A DNA stretch of 64,000 nucleotides from Octopus sinensis (taxonomy: Eukaryota): positions 19,654,001-19,718,000 of the forward strand of contig NC_043020.1 in assembly GCF_006345805.1 (NCBI RefSeq), in the 5' to 3' direction. The notes under the pieces were generated by a model. It was not told the origin of the DNA and ran no database searches. It saw only the letters and a program-made list of their open reading frames with translations. Below, piece by piece: positions 27,166 to 39,449 of this stretch. Each line of letters starts with the position of its first letter. Within the stretch, counting starts at the first letter, position 1. The translations under genes and the position numbers were made by a program.

Positions 27166-28193
27166 ATCACAACTACAATTTCCGTTTGATTTTTATATTG
27201 ATGTTGATGTACTTGACTCAATAGGTCTCCTCAAGCACAGCAAGTCACCCTACGATCCAAGGCAAGCACAGCAGGCCATCCTGCAATTCAAGGTACTTTG
27301 GATGGGCTATATATCTATATTTATAACAGGTGCAAACAAACATGGGTGTGTGGCAAGAAGTTTACTTCCCAACCACATGATTCAGTCCCACTGCATGGCA
27401 CCTTGGTCAAGTGTCATCTACAATAGCCTCAAGTCAACCAAAGCTTTGTGAGTGAATTTGGTAATAAGAAACTGAAAGAAGCTCATCGTGTGTGTGTGTG
27501 TCTTTGTATCTCTCTTTGTGTCTGTGTAATAATAATTACACACACACTGATTCAATTCCACTTCTTTACCATTATTCAATTAGTTAAATATCTAACCAAC
27601 TAACTAATCAATCATTTGTTTAGTGTGATGGTTAAACAATCAACCGGTTGTTTGTTAGTCAAAGTTTTTTCGTTGATTTCTTTCACAACCTTTTTCAGTG
27701 ACTTCCCTTCTCACTCAACTAACAATAAAGAAGTGGAATTGAACCTGTGACTGTGTCATTATTATTGGCATATTGACCCACCCAAGGCACAATAAAATTA
27801 CAGCTTTATGTTCTGAGTTCAAATTCTGCCAAGTTGTCTTTGCCTTTCATCTTTTCAGGTTAATGAGGTCCAGCTGAGCCCTGGGATAAATGTAATCAGC
27901 TACCCCCCTCCCCAAAAATTTCAGGCCTTCTACCAATAGTAAAAAGAAATATTATAATGTTCATTTCTATAAACTGATTTTAAATAATTTTTTTCATGAT
28001 TATTTCAATTATTAGAAAACGTCTGTAAAGTATTTTACAAGCCAAAATAGGACAAAAGGACCATGACTTTGACAGCGTGTAATAAAGGACTAAGGTTGAT
28101 TGCATGACAAGACAGAGGAATATAGCAGGTGGGTATGATGGCATTAGCAGTGAAGACAATGATGGTGGTGATGATGATGGTGTCTCCATTTAC

Positions 28194-28265
28194 CTTTAAT
28201 CTGTTGGTCATGTCCTGGCAACATTCATTCATACTTTTCACTTCTTGGTAAACACTATTCAGTTG
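28194..28265 (-). CDS. COG6: COG6 exon 3
   Basis: cacag|QLNSVYQEVKSMNECCQDMTNRLK|gtaaat; 72 bp. Confidence 0.95.
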
Positions 28266-29469
28266 CTGTGAAAGAAAAATATTTGGAACTATAACGCAAA
28301 CCATGACAATGACAAAAGAAGTGGTGAAGATAATTCAGCATAAACAATGTGACAATACAACAGCTATATCTCATATGGCGGTGAAGTGGCTGAAGTGTTA
28401 AAATGAGGGATAGAATGTCTCTCACTTAATTGTTCTGAGTTCAAATCCTACCAAGGTCAACTTGTCCAGGGAAGAGGATGTTAGAATTGTTAGAGCATCT
28501 GACATGATGTCTTGTGGTATCTGTGCATTCTAAGTTCAAATCCCACCCTGTCACCAAGAAAAAGTAACATTTTTAATGGAAACAGCTCCCATGTTTATAC
28601 ATACACAACTTTCACATCAACACAACTCTCACAGCTACACAACTCTCGCATTTAAACAACTATGCCATTTATGTAGCTGTCCCACCTATATATCTATCAT
28701 GCCTGTGCAGCTCTTGTGTTAACAGAGCTTTTGTGACCACACAGAACTCTCACAGCTTTCACAACAACCACAATGTAGCTATCTCAGCTACATTGTTGAG
28801 ACAGCTACATATTGTTTTTAATTGCTCAGTTAGGTGGAAAGGCAGTGCCCATTACCCTTTAGAGGGCCTTCAAAATTGGTGGGAGGCGGGAGACATCCTA
28901 AAACCAGAAACCTGCTCCAAATGTTTGCAACAGGCTGGACTCTGGTAGCAGAACCTAAAAGAACCTGATGGTGTTAAACGTGGCAATGGATTAGTCGACT
29001 ACTTTTGAAGGCCACAGCAGAATTTCAACTCAGAATGCAAAAAGCCAGAGCTAACATTGCAAAGCATCCTGTCTCACACTCTAACAATTCTACCAGTTCA
29101 CTACTGTTGGTTGGTACTTTATTTATTGACCTCAGAAGAATAAAATGCAAAGCTAACATCAGCAGAATTTGAACTCAGTATGTAAGGATGATGAAATAAA
29201 TGTAGCTTTCACATCAACATAGCTATGCAGCTCTTATATCTGCACAGAACTTACACTTACAAAGCCTTCATACCTACATAGTTCCCGTAGCAAAAGATGT
29301 ACTCACCTCTCACAGCCACATCACTCTAAAAGCCATGTAACTCTCATGTCTACACAGTCCCTCCAACAAAGTAACTTTCACAATACACCTCCCACATTGA
29401 CATAGCTTTCACAACCAGGTAGTCACCACAACACTACAACTCTCACACCAATGATTAAGTAAAACTTAC

Positions 29470-29613
29470 TTCTTCAACAACATCGAAAGCCTCTACAAAT
29501 TCTTCATTTATCGACAAATTTCGTCTTTCAATGTCGCTGCGCAAGTTCCTACGTGTTCGCAAACTATTCTCAACAAAAAATGTTGACAGGGCTTTTAAAG
29601 CCTCCAGCATTTC
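29470..29613 (-). CDS. COG6: COG6 exon 2
   Basis: tttcag|[48 protein letters not shown]|gtaagt; 144 bp, phase 0/0. Confidence 0.97.
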
Positions 29614-30129
29614 CTGAAATGACAGAAAACATATAATATAGTTGCCTTCAATAACATAGTGTCCCCAGTGATGCAGTAACCTCTGAATTGCTTTAGTCAT
29701 TAAGAAGAGTTAATTTAAAAGACCAGAGGAGAAGTATCCCAGGAAAATGTTATGATTGGTTGAAAACTAAAGAAAGAAAATGTATAACACCTTAACTTCT
29801 GGAGTTTGGAATTAACAAACAAGCCAAACATGGAGCAGGTGTGGCTGTGTGGTAAGAAGTCTGCTTCCTAACCACATGGTTCTGGGTTCAGTGGCACCTT
29901 AGACAAGTGTCTTCTATTATGGCCTCAAACGAAAGCCTTGTGAGTGAATAAGAGGAATCAAATGCAGCATGCATGTTGGTTTGGACATGTAATGCATATG
30001 AATGAAGACAGCTGTATAAAGAAGTGTCAATCACTGAAAATGCATGGTACCTGTGGAAGAGGGAGACCTAGGATGAAGTGGTGAGGACCAATCTCATGAT
30101 GATAGACAGAAACTGAAAGAAGTCTATCA

Positions 30130-30490
30130 TATGAAGGGGTGCCCAAAAATAATTGGAAATGTTTTCTGCTGGGGAAAACGTTGGCCAAAACAGTTGTCAT
30201 GCCTCAAATAGCTTACAAGGATGATGCCATGAGCAAAACACAAGCTTACAAATGGGTTTCCACGCTTTAGGAATGGTCATTTGTTGCTTGAAGACCAATC
30301 TTGCTCAGGACAGCTATTAACTTCCCAAACAAATGAAAACATCATGAAAATTCAGGGAACTGCCTGATTTCGGTGAATATTGAAGTGGCACCAAAACTCA
30401 AACTGAACTGCTGTGACAGACTCGTTATTCTTCATGTTACTGTAATAGGCAAACACGCGATGCTCTATTGTCTACAGTGCCAAGGCCTCA
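30130..30490 (+). mobile_element. mariner-derived non-autonomous element
   Basis: AYKDDAMSKTQAYKW..LEDQ..SG HTH remnant; related to 55526-55821. Confidence 0.6.
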
Positions 30491-31058
30491 CCTGAAAAGA
30501 AGAAAAATGCTAAGACACCATGGACATGTCAGACATATGTCCCTCCCACTGGGGCTGAGTAACAGCCATTTCAAAAACGTCCGTTCTCTCTGTCCCACCC
30601 TATAGTATGAAGTAAAATAGTACAATCTGAGTAAACTAGTCATAGTCAGTATTGGAAAAACACAATACAAATATTTATTCCCATTTAAGATGGGTGTTCT
30701 GTTGGAACGAACTTTGCTGTGATAGATACCAGGAGAGAAACTCTCATATAGGCTTTGGTGAAAAAAGCATGCTTGTTTATATAAGCACTGGGGTTGGTGG
30801 GGATTTATCTCCCCATGATATAAACAAGCAAGCATTTTGCACCAAAAAACCTATATGGGAGTTTCTCTCATGGTATCTACTGTTATAGAGTTTATTTTAA
30901 CTGAACATCCATGTGGGAATAAATATTACATCTCAATACTAATACTGCCTTTGTTGCTAATATATATTTTTTAACAAGCTCACAAGCTAGTTCAGGCACT
31001 GTTATTCTACATATCGCTAGCAGGAAATGATTCACTGCTCTCTCTAGTGGTTGAGCAT

Positions 31059-31105
31059 CCATCACCAATGAGACCAAGGAAAGTCGAAATTACATGATCT
31101 GGTGG
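31059..31105 (+). ncRNA. Type I hammerhead ribozyme motif, copy 1 (core mutated)
   Basis: CCATCA CCAATGA GAC-CAAGGAAA-GTC GAAA T-TACATG-A TC TGGTGG; stems I, II and III pair, core CTGATGA changed to CCAATGA. Confidence 0.7.
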
Positions 31106-31402
31106 TCTCAGCACTGGGGTTGGTGGGGATTTATCTCTCCATGATATAAAGAAATGTGTATTTTGCACCTATATGATAACTTCTCTCATGGTATCTACCA
31201 TTATACAGTTTGTTTTAACTGAACATTCATGTCTAAGTGGGAATAAATATTACCTCTCAGTATTAACACTGCTTCTATAGCTAATATGAATTTTTTAACA
31301 AGCTCACTGGCTAAATATGACATCAGTGCCTGTCCAGACACTGATTTTCTACATAGCGCAAGCAGGAAATGAATCACTGCGATCTCTAGTGATCAAGCAT
31401 AA

Positions 31403-31447
31403 ATCACTGATGAGACTAAGAAAGGCTGAAATGACATGATCTGGTGG
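31403..31447 (+). ncRNA. Type I hammerhead ribozyme motif, copy 2 (core intact, helix II damaged)
   Basis: ATCA CTGATGA GACT-AAGAAA-GGCT GAAA T-GACATG-A TC TGGT; AUC cleavage triplet ending at 31441. Confidence 0.75.
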
Positions 31448-32154
31448 TCTCAGCATTGGAGTTGGTTGGGACTTATCTCCCCACTAGCATTTTGCACCGA
31501 AAGCCTATGAGACGTTCTCTCATGGCATCAACAACAGTAAAGTTTGTTCTAACAGAACATTTACTTTTATGTGAAAATAAATATTTCCTCTTGCTAATTA
31601 TACTGCCTCTGTCGTTAATATACAATATAAATAGTTCAAACAGTCAGGAAGAAGGAGAGAAGTCTAACTTTTGGACGCTTGTCCTTCTTTGGAAGAGAGA
31701 GCTAGGGAGGGAAAACCAACCACGAACTTTACAGCCTAATGATAAGACTGTTCTCTCTTTAAAAACGTCAGATTTTTCTTCATCACAACACAAACTTACG
31801 GCACTGTTTGATCTGTTAAAAAAGATTGAGCCAAAAATCACTTGAAATATTAGGAAAACAAGAATATGGCAAATAATAAACGTACTCACATCACCGAAGA
31901 CTAGGTTTGAGCATTATCTTGAATAGAATTACCTAGCAATAACACGTTTTGATTCAACCTAACGAAAGCACTTTTTTATGTAGTCGATTAAGTGGCTAGA
32001 AATAACAGCTAAAATTTTCTTTAAATCACATCTTACTGTCCTTAAAAAGGCTAAAGTCACACTGGATAACACAGTCCTAGAAATACTAGGTCCAAGGAAG
32101 AGACAAGATGTAACAACCTGAATGATCAGGTTCATCTTGGGAGCGTAAAGAAAA

Positions 32155-34080
32155 ATATCGTCAACCTAAAACTCATTGCAAACGTGAAATGTCAATCATC
32201 TCAACCAAACCGGACACCGACGTAAATACTTTATTACACATTGAAAGAAAATGTTAGACAAAATAAACAGAGATTTAATTTGGGACTAATACGAACACTA
32301 AATTTTAAAATGGAAGATCGGCAATAAATGAAACACCCAGAACTTTTACAGCCTGACACTTTATTGATGCTCCAAGTTAGGGATATAAACGGACACAATA
32401 TAAACTATAAACAAGAACACATACAAACAAGTAAAAAGCTTCGACAGTCAACACAACGGAACAACTTCACACAATACTCCAAAAGCAAATAATATATTAT
32501 TCGATCGCTCTGGATCAATCGACTAATGATGATGATACTGATTCGATGCAGATTCTATACTTCATTCGGGCCGTAACAGAAGATTTTTATATGCTACGAA
32601 GAGCTTCTGGCTTTCGGTACTCTTACAGGAATAGAGATCTTCACAAATTTTCAAGATAAATGTCGTGAAGCTGGACTGAATTTGGTTAATTTAGCGACTG
32701 TATGTAGAGACAGTGTATCTTCCATGGCAGGAAAACATGAAGAGTTTATTGCACGAATAAAAAAAAAAGTATTATCAGACCCAGATGCTCTCATTTCTTA
32801 TCATTGTATCTAAGATCAACAAAATCTCTTTGCTTACATCAGCAAAATCTACTATTTTAAGTGACACTTGGCAACAAGTTATAAGTATTGTTAACTATAT
32901 TGGTGTAAATGCAACACGGCATCATCCGTTTCATAACATGCTTAAGTTGGACGAAGAAGAAGTATTCAGAGTGGATTTGCCGTATCATTCTCAAGTGCAT
33001 AAAACCATGTCTATATATATATGTGGCGAAAAATCCAAGCATTTCGAAAAAAGCTATCTTTTTTCAAAATTTTTCTTCTTCGAAAGGAAATTTCGGTTGA
33101 ACATTTTCCTGGATGAAAGGAAGATTCATGGAAATCATTTGAAGAATACGCAGCTGTTATAGACTTATTAATTGGATAATACCATGAAAGGTTCACTGAC
33201 TTTGAGAATCATGACATCACGCTCAAATCAGCATTTCGACCTCGTCTTTGATGTCTCCAAGGCTCCTAAAGAACTATAGATGGAGTTGATTGAGCTCTCA
33301 GTTCTTATTCGACGCTAAGAAAGATCCGATTGAAATATGCAAAAAAATGCAATACCCATGTTTTTGGCAACATGCGCGAAAAATGTTTTCCTGCTTTTCA
33401 ACCACTTATTACTGCGAACCTACATTCTTTTACCAAACCAAAATTAAGACGCCCGTAAGGTCACAAATGATGGATACCCATCCAGAGGATCAGCTGAAAC
33501 TGCAAAAGCTCCATGTTGCAACCAAATAAATATTCAAAGGCTTTCCTACAAAGAGCAGTCACAACAAAGTCATTAGAAGGTTAGTTAACTTTAGAATTAA
33601 CATATCTATTTCGTGTACACAGTAGATAAAGGTTTACTAAATAATGTAGATTTTGAAGAATATCTAATTGAAGTTTCTTGAATGAGGCCTAATTAGATTA
33701 CAACTAACTTAACGCGACCTTCCAACGCGAAAAGGTTTCCCACGTCTGTTCTGGGGCGTGGGGTGTAAACAACAACATCGTCAGCCTAAAACCTCTCGTC
33801 CTAACAATATGAAAAACACATTGCAAATGTCAATCATCTTAACTAAACTGGACACGAACGTAAAAACTTTATTACATACATATTGAAAGAAAATATAAGA
33901 TAAAGACAAGATAAACAGAGATTTAATTTGGGAGTAATACGAACACTAGATTTTAAAATGGAAAATTGACAGCGGGTAATAAATGAAACGACCTGTGCTT
34001 TTACAGCCTGATACTTATTTTATTGATCATCTTTTGTTGATGCTCTAAGTTAGGGATACAAACGAACACATACACTCCCA
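32155..34080 (+). repeat. Diverged ~250-300-bp direct repeats (~32155-32400 and ~33775-34080) flanking the hAT remnant
   Basis: Shared AAATGTCAATCATCT..ATAAACAGAGATTTAATTTGGGA..TTTTACAGCCTGA..AAGTTAGGGATA. Confidence 0.75.
32500..33530 (+). mobile_element. hAT (Charlie/Buster-like) transposase remnant
   Basis: SMAGKH..ISYHCI; VISIVNYI..RHHPF; FSTTYYCEPTF..IKTPVRSQM dimerisation-domain-like; many stops. Confidence 0.7.
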
Positions 34081-34459
34081 CATATATATACTAAGACCAC
34101 AAGCTTCCGCAATACCGCTTGTCAATGACTTCTAGGTGTTTTTACACCGGGCGTACTGACGAGAAAATTTTCTCTAATGACAATAAATTACAGCCTGCCC
34201 ACGAACTGACAATACACATACCTATATATATACATAAGGCTGTTTGTTATGGTCACTCTCTGACCAGCAACAACAAACCGCTTTTTAAATATTACTGCTC
34301 TAATGTTTTAGTGTGTACCTCTTTTCGAATATACGAATTCTGACTGGTGTGTATACTCACACACACACATATATAAAATGCCACATGAAAAACAACGGTT
34401 ATGTTGTGAACTTAATTAGCTTACAGATGTTTCTGCAATACGATGCAGTGGATTACGCT

Positions 34460-34506
<47 letters not shown>

Positions 34507-34813
34507 CGCCATGAATGAGCGAGAAATTTTATGAAGAGTTTATACACGAATATTTAATGAGCAAAATGTAAAAACTTGTTTTATTGATAATTTTTCTCGT
34601 CCCCTATACCCGACTAAACAATTAGAATGTGTGTACCCTTTGTCACTTACAATGTGATACACATACACAACGGAGAGAGCGGGTAAGAAAAGGTGTGAGC
34701 AGTATGTATATATACACACATGCACATATATATATATATTTATATACAGACATACAACTGTAATTACTAATCATGATGACAATAAACTGTAAGTGGGAGT
34801 CAATGCAGTTTAC

Positions 34814-34936
34814 CTTGTCATTGTCGATTCTGGTGTCAAGTATTTTATTCAGTTTCCTAGTGAGAGGGTTGTTGCTGTTGTTCGACTGCTGCCCCGCGGA
34901 CGGGACAGAGTCTCCTGTTCCGTTCCTATCGGCCAT
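34814..34936 (-). CDS. COG6: COG6 coding exon 1 (conserved oligomeric Golgi complex subunit 6)
   Basis: aaaaATGG start at 34936; MADRNGTGDSVPSAGQQSNNSNNPLTRKLNKILDTRIDNDK matches COG6 N-terminus (NPLSRKLHKILETRLDNDK); donor AAG|GTAAAC; 123 bp. Confidence 0.95.
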
Positions 34937-37039
34937 TTTTGAACTCTGTTGTGACAACGTGGAATCAAGGTTTCCCTCGACGGTGACTTCTGTACATTAC
35001 TTTTCTGAAATATCGCGGTGTTTTCATTCATTTAATATCTCCGTCTATATGAAACTGCTTTTTATTCTTCTTATTTGACTGTTACGGAACTGGAAAAATT
35101 TAATGATTGTATGTAGGGTATATACTATAAGAGATAAAGTATTAAAATGTTGTGTATATTGTATAATTTTTCAGTTTGGAACATGTTTCGGCTGACACCG
35201 CCAACACAGATTGCGTTACCTGTTAAGTGGCTTTTTAGGACGAGGTTAGGCACTGAATGAGTAAATCTTGCGATCGACGGTATTACAGCCGCAACCATAA
35301 CTTTTTTTATTTTTCAGGCATATATCTATGACTACATTATCTTACTTTTGTTATGTAAGTTGGTATGGGGTGATGTTAGTAAAATTTGGTGGTTATTTAC
35401 TACAAGTTGACTGAGTTGCGTAGGTGTTTGTTAGAAAGAAGTAAACAAATAAAAATGTAAAATTATTAGGACTATTATCCTCTAAAAATTTCAGAGAATC
35501 CAAGACACGGCATTACTGTGGGTCACCTCGAGAATGAGGTGGTGCAACATTCCATTTCAGGCCCTAATTCCCTACAAACCTCATTGACAAAGCCGTAGAT
35601 GTTCTCAACTGTGGCAAAAACATTTAGAGGAAAAACACCAGTATTCCCATAATTGAGCAAGTGGGCATATCTTTTCTGCTTAATTTCCTTCTTTCCTTTT
35701 GACTCATTCATTTTGACTATTTTTTTTCTTTACCAATTTGTAAATTGAGATTAATTTTCTTTACGTTTGTAAATACATTTTTCGTCTTTAACGAATTCAG
35801 AATTTTGTGAATATCTATGGTGTGACCATAATAGAGTTTAAAAGTGGGCGTATAATCGATGCTAGCGCTCTCTTTACCATCAGATTTTCCTACATCAGAC
35901 GTCCCAGGTCAATTTTCCTCATTAATTCTGTGATTTAAAAAGTTTTGCAATATTCAGTTATGTCTCTTTATATTGTGAGATCAAATCCTGCTGAGGTCGA
36001 TACAACTTTCCAACATTTTGCAGTCGATGACTGCCAATTATATTCGCACTAAAGATAGTGTAACTGATTCCATTAACTGTAACCGTCTCCCCCCAATATA
36101 TTGTCTCGTGCCTTTGTAATTGTTATTGATGCTTCAGCTCAGATAAACCCTTGATCACACCCTACCCTCTTCGAAAAAGGAAGAACCCGTTTATAAAAAG
36201 AAACTGAAAGATAATAACTGGAACGCCTTTGATGGTATAAGTTTGCTAAATGATGGTTGACTAGAAGCTAAAAAAACAAGATAGATATGTGATATATACG
36301 AAATAAAATACTGAGGCACGCTGTCTGTATGAAAAAAATAATACTGAAGTTAGTACTAACAGATTTAATATGCAAATTACAGTCCCCACTCAGAATCAAG
36401 TATGACTTGATAACTTGTGCCATCCTTTCGTTAACTTCTTTGAGGTACCGGCAGAATTCTGGTTTAAGCACCCCATATAGCCCCGTTATACCTTTTCTTT
36501 TTAATTTTCCGAAAATTTTTGCGAATTTGTTTTTCACACGGGAATATGCTTTCTTATTTTTTTAACCCACTCCCTCGCCCCTATAAATCCTAGAAGTTCC
36601 ACTCTTTTTCGATATATTTTTTTAAAATCAGAGTTTAAAATACGGACAATTCGAATTTTTTGCTTAAATCTCTGCAATAAATCATTAAATATGTTTATGG
36701 GGAGAAAAATATTGAAAAATAGCAAGACATATCAGTGACAAAGAAATGAGGAAAGTACCTGGTGGTCGTGAGGTGTGCTAAAAATAACATCTAAATTGGC
36801 CTTAAATCACGCAGTTTTTTTTGTTTTTTTTTTTGTCTAGATTTTCTCATAATTGTATGAATTCTCGTGTGTAGAACGCAAAATCGCAAAAAATTACCTG
36901 AAAATTCAAAAAAAAAGTTATGAGGGATTATATGGGGTACAGAAACCAGTATTCCGTCAAAGTACCTATATAGTCGCAAGGAGACATAAACACTAACCCT
37001 AACCATACAGTTCTATATTTAAGAGATGTGGAATTATGT

Positions 37040-37231
37040 ACATTATTTACATTTGACAGATATTTGTCCTCATCTTGTTTGTTACCACAACGTTTCAGCT
37101 GATATACCCTTCATTAGGTGTCTTGGGGGAAATTTCGAACCTGGATTCTCATTCCTAAGGTATTTTGCGATGTTGCCTGGAATCGAACTCGGAATCTTGG
37201 AGTTAGTAGACTGCGCTCTTAACCATATGCC
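37040..37231 (-). mobile_element. tRNA-headed SINE with hammerhead-like 3' segment
   Basis: Head GGCATATGGTTAAGAGCGCAGTCTACTAACTCCAAGATTCCGAGTTCGATTCCAGGCA; later GACAC CTAATGA AGGGTATATCAGCT GAAA CGTT GTG. Confidence 0.7.
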
Positions 37232-37237
37232 CACGGA

Positions 37238-37885
37238 CATATGGCATAGCGTTTAAGAGCACGGGCTACTAACCCCAAGATTCCGAGTTCGATTCCAGGC
37301 AGTGACCTTAATAATAATAATAATAAATACCCTGGTGCAGTACCAGACAGTGGCTCTCGTGGCTTCTGATCTTAACTGGTTGGAAGTGTTATCATGTACA
37401 TTGTTTTGTCTTGGTATAAAAGATGGACTACAGCAAATATTCTGCTCAATACCACAGATTTGCTTTGACCTTAACCAGTTGACAATGTCCCTTAGTGGCT
37501 GACGATATGAGCATCTCTGATCATGAGCAGAAGTAGTGGGGGAGCATCATAGCCGTGTGTTGAAAGGAATTCTTGGAGGTTTGGATAATTCACATTTGGA
37601 AACATAGGTGGTTCGTTCAACATCCTTAAACAAACCTTATTCAAGGACCTTTTGAGCAGGATGGGTTACTTGAGCAGAAGAAAATTCTAATTGGGCTTCA
37701 CCTGCAAGGTCATGCGCTGTTTATTTTGATATGAAATCACCATCTCGCGCACATATGGTTGTGATGCATGTGCCTGGTGTACCCTTATCAGACAGGTAGT
37801 CATGATGGGTATACTGGGCTTCGTATATTTTACCCCAGTGTTACTTTGATGGCATGCACTGCTCTCTCGCTCAATAATAATGATA
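37238..37885 (+). mobile_element. Long tRNA-headed SINE-like element (partial copy ~15720-15890)
   Basis: Same head as 37040-37231 with a different ~600-bp body; ends in (AAT)n. Confidence 0.7.
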
Positions 37886-38399
37886 ATAATAATCAGACGG
37901 TGGTGGGTCAATGTATAAATGCTAAATCCTCAAATAAGAGCTGAAGAAGTATAAGCAGATACATTAAGATAGTTTCGCAGTTCATTTTAGGTCTACCATA
38001 CAAAAAAAACCCAGCATTCATGGAAAGCGCGATGTAACATCAATAGAAACAAAACTTTTCTCACTCTAAATATGTTTACAGTTTCGTCTGAGAAAGACTA
38101 AAACTTTCAGAACCACCAGTTATTTATCTAACCATTCACTTTAGGTCCCTTGAGGACTAACTTCCCTCATGCTTTCGATAATACCCCACTCACACACACA
38201 CACCTCTGGGATAGCTGAAGTTGTCAACAGTGACTGACCAGTGGAAATAGTAGTGGTGGTGGTGGTGGTGGTGGTAGAGGCTGATGAAGTAGCAGTGCAA
38301 CATACCGTAGCAAAAGTAAAAGGAAAAAAGAAAACATCTTTATTTTATTTGAGTATTTAAATGCTAAGAAACAGGAAAGAAGGGAGATGAAAAAGAAAA

Positions 38400-38734
38400 A
38401 AGACCACCACCCTTCGTTCATGAAGGACCATGGGATTACAACTAGAAAGTTACCCTCCCAGGCACAAGTCCGGGCAAGATTGTTTATGGAAGACCAGCAG
38501 TCGCCCATGCATACCAGTCTCCCCTCTCCATGCCATCAATGTTATCCAAGGGAAAGGCAAAGGGGCCAACACAGTTTGGCACCTGTGACGTCGTAACTCA
38601 TTTCTACAGCTGAGTGAACTGGAGCAACGTGAAATAAAATGTCTTGCTCAAACACACAACCCGGTCCGGGAATCGAACTCGCTACCTCTTGATTGGGAGC
38701 TCAATGCTCTAACCACTGAGCCACGTGCCTTCAC
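38400..38734 (-). mobile_element. tRNA-derived SINE family D (others ~7120-7440 minus, 21130-21300)
   Basis: GGCACGTGGCTCAGTGGTTAGAGCA..GAGTTCGATTCCCGGACC head; conserved ~300-bp body. Confidence 0.8.
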
Positions 38735-39263
38735 AATATCTCTACAATGTAGGGAGTAAAGCAGCAGAAAATTGAGGATGAAGGCAATGGGCCACATACC
38801 CCAGAACAAATGGTGTGTTCAGCCCTGCCCCACGGTGAAGACTGTAACGGCTCATTTCTCCGACGGGCCGCCATTACCTGACCCTTCTTTTGACACTTCT
38901 GACACAAATTCATGTGCACGACATTCTGTGGATGTTTTGAAAACTCACAGGAAAAGCAATTAGCACTGACTGCTGCTTTAACTGTCTTAAAGTCAACACT
39001 GATTTAACAAGTTATAGTTTAGTCAAATGTAGCAACTCTAGTTCAATGGGTCAACGCCCTACTAATGTACAAATCCTGAATATTTTAAAGCTGAATCAAG
39101 AGTTCCTGCCTGATCAAACATAATATCGAAAGCCTCATTAAGTGTCATTTAAAATTCATTTTACTGCAACCTGATGTTGTGTCCGACACCATTCACAAAT
39201 TCCTCCATCATCTTCCTTTCATTCACATAGTTCATAGGTGGATTTTGTCAGGACCCCAAAGTA

Positions 39264-39449
39264 AATAGATAGATAGATAGATAGAAAGAAAGAAAGAAGA
39301 AAGAAAGAAGAAAGAAAGAAAAAGAAAAAAGAAAGAAAGAAAGAAAGAAAGAAATAAAGAAAGAAAGGAAAGAAAAGAAAGAGAAAGAAAGAAGAAAGAA
39401 AGAAAGAAAAAGAAGATAGATAGATATATAGATAGATAGATAGATAGAT
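39264..39449. repeat. (GATA)n-(GAAA)n-(GATA)n compound microsatellite
   Basis: Direct reading. Confidence 0.95.

Larger units (their letters stand above)
30660..31625 (+). repeat. Retrozyme/Penelope-like tandem array: inverted partial unit plus 2.5 direct units
   Basis: Units start AGCACTGGGGTTGGTGGGGATTTATCTC at 30784 and 31110, with a more diverged copy at 31452 (periods 326 and 342); ~30660-30783 is a reverse-complement partial unit. Confidence 0.85.

Noticed and set aside
34937-34957. ORF-track start of COG6 at 34957
   Set aside because: That codon is TTG; the first ATG in good context is 34936.
35180-35215. GGC..GCCGAAACATGT on the minus strand upstream of COG6
   Set aside because: Only the 3' half of a hammerhead; the core reads CTGTGTT.
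37240-37310. tRNA gene calls for SINE heads (also ~38670-38734 and ~51560-51624)
   Set aside because: No complete cloverleaf or acceptor stem; each continues into a repeated SINE body.
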